Shown here piece after piece: positions 16,688-20,000 of a DNA stretch of 20,000 nucleotides (position 1 is its first letter; each line of letters starts with the position of its first letter). This DNA is from an uncultured virus (IMG/VR IMGVR_UViG_3300033127_000053) (lineage: Duplodnaviria; Heunggongvirae; Uroviricota; Caudoviricetes), in the IMG/VR virus record IMGVR_UViG_3300033127_000053; one strand, written 5' to 3'. Made by a program: the position numbers and the translations under genes. The notes beneath the pieces are model-generated. The model was not told the DNA's origin. It searched no databases and worked only from the letters and a program-made list of their open reading frames with translations.

Positions 16688-17104
16688 TTATCGTTTTTGG
16701 AATGGTTGCCGCGTCGATATTCTACAGTTTGAGTGCTTCAGGTTACCTAGAGTGGTTGCCTTATCAACTTCCGTTGTAAGGTTCGCCTTGTACAGTGTCA
16801 ACCACGCTGTCAGGATATGCGCCATAAATTGATCTTGCGTAAACACTGACGTTTCGGTGACGCCATAGCTAAAAACCAGCCCGCCGTTAGGGTAGATCTT
16901 AATAAGCCCTAGCGGCTTACCTGTGGTTATTTCGACGAGCTTAGCTTCGTCAGGTGTCATAGGCACAACTGAAAGTGCTGCTAGTAAATGCATGGGAAAT
17001 TTCCCATTGCATTTATTCAAGAATGACGCCTGATTGATCTTCACGAATGAATTATTTTCCCGCGCTGGTTCAATGTCAAATGAAATGCTTGTTTCCTTAC
17101 TCAT
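16688..17104 (-). CDS. Hypothetical protein
   Basis: 138-aa ORF with a 1-nt start/stop overlap with the upstream gene. Confidence 0.65.
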   Translation of the reverse strand: MSKETSISFDIEPARENNSFVKINQASFLNKCNGKFPMHLLAALSVVPMTPDEAKLVEITTGKPLGLIKIYPNGGLVFSYGVTETSVFTQDQFMAHILTAWLTLYKANLTTEVDKATTLGNLKHSNCRISTRQPFQKR

Positions 17105-17310
17105 TATCGTCTCTCGTTAACTGCAATATTTCCGTTTCTGATGTGTCCTAAAAGATCGTCTAATTCCGTTTCATGGCTGATTGCATAATTGGAAATCAGA
17201 TGGTTAATTTGCGTCCGATTAATCTGCTTGTGCTGCTTAGCCTTCACGATGGCCAAAACACACTTGTCGACTAAGACTTCGCCTGTTCTTCTGTTAATCA
17301 AGTGTTCCAT
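17104..17310 (-). CDS. Hypothetical protein
   Basis: 68-aa ORF, translationally coupled to the downstream ORF. Confidence 0.55.
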   Translation of the reverse strand: MEHLINRRTGEVLVDKCVLAIVKAKQHKQINRTQINHLISNYAISHETELDDLLGHIRNGNIAVNERR

Positions 17311-17350
17311 GATGCGTTGTTTAACTCAACACAATTATGGTTCCCAAATT

Positions 17351-17752
17351 TCATGCTTGAAGAACATTAACGTAGAAGAACTTTCGATCAAACGTGAGAA
17401 TTTTTTCGTCTACGTTAATCAACTGGCAAATCAAAGCCCACGGCGCTCTGTAATCTTCGCCCGTCACGCCGGGCAATAATACAACGATGTCTTTTTCCCT
17501 AAACGAATAGGGTTTATTGGTGACGATGCTAGACAATGTACCGTCGGCGATCGCACATGCTATAGTCGGGTCCGTGCGCAGGTAATGACATGCACTCGTC
17601 GGATTAATGTCGATATTATTCGGCGCGATGAACCGCCTGATTATTTCTTCTTTTTTGAACAAATCCGAGCTGTGCATCAGCTTGTAAAACTGGTAGTGAT
17701 CAGCCGATAAATGATCGGTGTCAAGTCGTTCTAAATAATTAACGGGGAGCAT
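17351..17752 (-). CDS. Hypothetical protein
   Basis: 133-aa ORF in a tightly packed minus-strand run. Confidence 0.65.
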   Translation of the reverse strand: MLPVNYLERLDTDHLSADHYQFYKLMHSSDLFKKEEIIRRFIAPNNIDINPTSACHYLRTDPTIACAIADGTLSSIVTNKPYSFREKDIVVLLPGVTGEDYRAPWALICQLINVDEKILTFDRKFFYVNVLQA

Positions 17753-17753
17753 C

Positions 17754-17987
17754 TTATAGCCCTCCTTTGGCGACGGATTGCATTAGCTTTTCAATGGCTG
17801 GTACGCTGTCGGGCTCGTTGACCACTTCGTGAGTGATCGTTATTTGAGAGTTAGGTTTAGTACCTTGCACGATTGTTTCATCTTCGGTGACGACTATCAC
17901 CTCGCCAACAGGCGCGACGACGACGGACCCATTAGGGCAACCAAACATGCCTAAAGTTAGGGGTACAAAAAACAGTAAATTTTTCAC
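17754..17987 (-). CDS. Putative small lipoprotein
   Basis: MKNLLFFVPLTLGMFG|C signal peptide with a lipobox-like Cys17. Confidence 0.6.
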   Translation of the reverse strand: MKNLLFFVPLTLGMFGCPNGSVVVAPVGEVIVVTEDETIVQGTKPNSQITITHEVVNEPDSVPAIEKLMQSVAKGGL

Positions 17988-18235
17988 TTTGTTTTCTCCA
18001 AATTAAACGTTGAGGTGATCATAGGTAGCGCTGAGAAGTTCAAGAACACATAGTGGTTAACGTTAAACCCCTTTGCGTTAGAGAACCCGTTTATAATTGA
18101 ATCCTGCAAGTTTGTCCAGCCTGCGCGACTGCTAGGAATATCTTTAACTTCGATGATGCCCGATAGCTCGACGTATCCATCAAACCAAAAAGGGCGGGAA
18201 TACCAAGCGCGGGCACTATAACTCATGAAGATCAT
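17984..18235 (-). CDS. Hypothetical protein
   Basis: 4-nt overlaps with both neighbours. Confidence 0.6.
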   Translation of the reverse strand: MIFMSYSARAWYSRPFWFDGYVELSGIIEVKDIPSSRAGWTNLQDSIINGFSNAKGFNVNHYVFLNFSALPMITSTFNLEKTK

Positions 18236-18582
18236 GACATGTATTCCTCATACGTTTCGTCTTCTTCGTCGTATGCGTGATAGGGATAGTCGTCATCTTC
18301 GGCATCGTCGGTGATATCAGTAACAATGACGATGGGTTCGTTAACAAGTATCAACGTATCTTGGTCGTGCGATTCACGAGCAAACGTGCATTGTAATTGT
18401 GTGCTTAGCACTTGAAAAATCTTGTCAGATAATTCAGGGTGCTCGTCGCTTTCAGGCAGTGTGATCGTCATTCCTTGCGGTGGAATTCCGGGCAAAGCGA
18501 TAAACGTTTTACCGAGCTTGGTGGGGTCGTATTCGACTACGACTCGGTATGAAATGAAATTAGGAGAAAAGTCTTGAGTCAT
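18232..18582 (-). CDS. Hypothetical acidic protein
   Basis: 116-aa ORF with a D/E/Y-rich C-terminus. Confidence 0.65.
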   Translation of the reverse strand: MTQDFSPNFISYRVVVEYDPTKLGKTFIALPGIPPQGMTITLPESDEHPELSDKIFQVLSTQLQCTFARESHDQDTLILVNEPIVIVTDITDDAEDDDYPYHAYDEEDETYEEYMS

Positions 18583-18586
18583 GGTT

Positions 18587-18871
18587 TCAGTCCAATAAAT
18601 TACGGTTTGGTCGGCGAGATTTGATACTGCGGCGTGAAGCCTCTGTCATCATTCGCCGATAGTTGAAAAACAGAATCGTGTAATCACAGATTGCCAGCAA
18701 AACGACTGATGTTCGCCATGCAGATAACACCCACTGAGGCAACGCGGCGGCTACCGTATACGAAAATGTTGAGTAGTAGGCAAATGGGAACACAAGCCCG
18801 TTCAACAGTATTCGTCTAGCGAGTCTAGACGGCGTGAAAACTCGTTTAATGTGATCAATTTTTCTTTTCAT
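18587..18871 (-). CDS. Small membrane protein (paralog A)
   Basis: Two hydrophobic segments; LPQWVL..WR..VVLLAI..Y..LFFNY. Confidence 0.65.
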   Translation of the reverse strand: MKRKIDHIKRVFTPSRLARRILLNGLVFPFAYYSTFSYTVAAALPQWVLSAWRTSVVLLAICDYTILFFNYRRMMTEASRRSIKSRRPNRNLLD

Positions 18872-19208
18872 GGTGTCTTTCTCTTAGAGTAATGTTTGGG
18901 GTAGATGGGCTGGTATTTGTAGGGATATGCGATTCAATCTTTCCAAAAAATATGTATTTTTCGCGATTCATCACCACTATCTCTAAATATCTAAAAAATC
19001 GATCAACGTAACCGTTAATGGCTGATAAAACGACTAGCATCCTAAATGAAAAAAGGACCCATAAAGGGAGTTTTGCTAATGCAACAGCAGAGAAAGAAAC
19101 ACAAAAGCAAAAAGAATAAATTAGCGCTTCTTTCACCGATTCAATTCTTAAGTCGTGCATCGTAGTCATACGTTCTCTCTCAAAGGCTTTACCAATTTTT
19201 CTTGCCAT
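18855..19208 (-). CDS. Small membrane protein (paralog B)
   Basis: LPLWVL..FR..VVLSAI..Y..RFFRY. ATG 19208 is preceded by AGGAG; ATG 19169 is an alternative. Confidence 0.6.
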   Translation of the reverse strand: MARKIGKAFERERMTTMHDLRIESVKEALIYSFCFCVSFSAVALAKLPLWVLFSFRMLVVLSAINGYVDRFFRYLEIVVMNREKYIFFGKIESHIPTNTSPSTPNITLRERHHEKKN

Positions 19209-19737
19209 ATTTCTGACTCCTCTTGAACTTCTTATCGGCTGTACTGCTGACGTCCATAATGATATGAATAACGTCACTCAAACAAAGACCAACGAATGAC
19301 GACAACGTCATATCAATCGGAATGGATAACACAAACTTAAGCGTGCGGCCTAGCGTTTCATCGGGCTCCCATGCGAACGACACAAAATCTACTTGCAGGG
19401 ATAACCAGTAACTAAGATGCACGAGTAACACGTACATTCCTATCAAATATAGGATTCGTAAAAACGTGCCGATAAATGGCCCGTGTGATACCCATGAACG
19501 ATGTGGAATAGCGGTGTCATATGCCCACCACACGAACCCTAGCCCTACCGATTTCCAACGCTTAGTAGAATTGCTGTGTGTGTCTAAATCAGGCGATAGA
19601 ACAAGCCCAGCAAGTGAACCCACAGCCGCGCAAAATAGCCAACGACTATACACGGAACTTCTCAAAAATAGAGCTAAGCCGAATATCCCAAGGGAGACAT
19701 TCAACGTTGCTCTATCGTGTTTGTCTCCGCTACTCAT
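19189..19737 (-). CDS. DUF2227-like putative metal-binding membrane protein/hydrolase
   Basis: MSSGDKHD, LSPDLD, RW...W..Y...IPHRSWVSHGPFIGT..R..YL, IHIIMD. Confidence 0.8.
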   Translation of the reverse strand: MSSGDKHDRATLNVSLGIFGLALFLRSSVYSRWLFCAAVGSLAGLVLSPDLDTHSNSTKRWKSVGLGFVWWAYDTAIPHRSWVSHGPFIGTFLRILYLIGMYVLLVHLSYWLSLQVDFVSFAWEPDETLGRTLKFVLSIPIDMTLSSFVGLCLSDVIHIIMDVSSTADKKFKRSQKYGKKNW

Positions 19738-19972
19738 CGCCGGTCAGCTGTTCTACTTGTGCCCGTAGCTTGAAAACTTCGTTCGCAAGTTCTCGAACAA
19801 TTTTGATGCACAGACCGCTTAAGGTTTTGTGCGAATAATGGCCGTACCGTTCAGACTTGAAGATGAACCCACCAAGTTCGCCTTCGGTGACTTCCCCACA
19901 CAAAGTTTCATTTCCGAATAAGGCGTTAGCGCCTTCAACACTTGTGATCCTTTTTTGCCATGTCATAATCAA
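19730..19972 (-). CDS. Hypothetical protein
   Basis: 80-aa ORF overlapping the start of the DUF2227-like gene. Confidence 0.6.
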   Translation of the reverse strand: MIMTWQKRITSVEGANALFGNETLCGEVTEGELGGFIFKSERYGHYSHKTLSGLCIKIVRELANEVFKLRAQVEQLTGDE

Positions 19973-20000
19973 TTGTTTCCTTTGCTAGTTGTTAGTTAAT

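Noticed and set aside
3139..17271. Apparent abundance of GTCGAC sites
   Set aside because: Plausibly explained by Val-Asp codon preference (GTC GAC); cannot be shown significant without computation.

Overview
This window looks like part of a tailed cyanophage (or cyanobacterial prophage) genome, in three blocks. (1) 1-9361 (+) is a DNA replication/recombination module: DUF2800 Cas4-like nuclease, DUF2815-type ssDNA-binding protein, UvrD/Rep helicase, family B DNA polymerase, VRR-NUC nuclease and SNF2-like helicase. (2) 9443-14206 (+) is a lysis-type cassette ending in a GH24 lysozyme and an M15A peptidase. (3) 14417-19972 (-) holds converging small accessory genes, including an NblA-like protein, a Dam-type methyltransferase, a lipoprotein, tandem membrane paralogs and a DUF2227-like protein. 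A cyanobacterial host is supported by NblA, at least five HIP1 (GCGATCGC) sites and cyanobacterial-type N-terminal domains on the lysins. The most striking feature is where a holin would be expected. Four tightly coupled membrane-protein genes sit there: a small TM protein, a PAS-coiled-coil-2TM protein resembling FixL heme-PAS with no enzymatic output domain, and two paralogous TM+GAF proteins resembling T4 holin T. This suggests a candidate sensor-controlled lysis-timing system, possibly responding to O2 or redox. All family calls come from motif recognition by eye; no searches were run.
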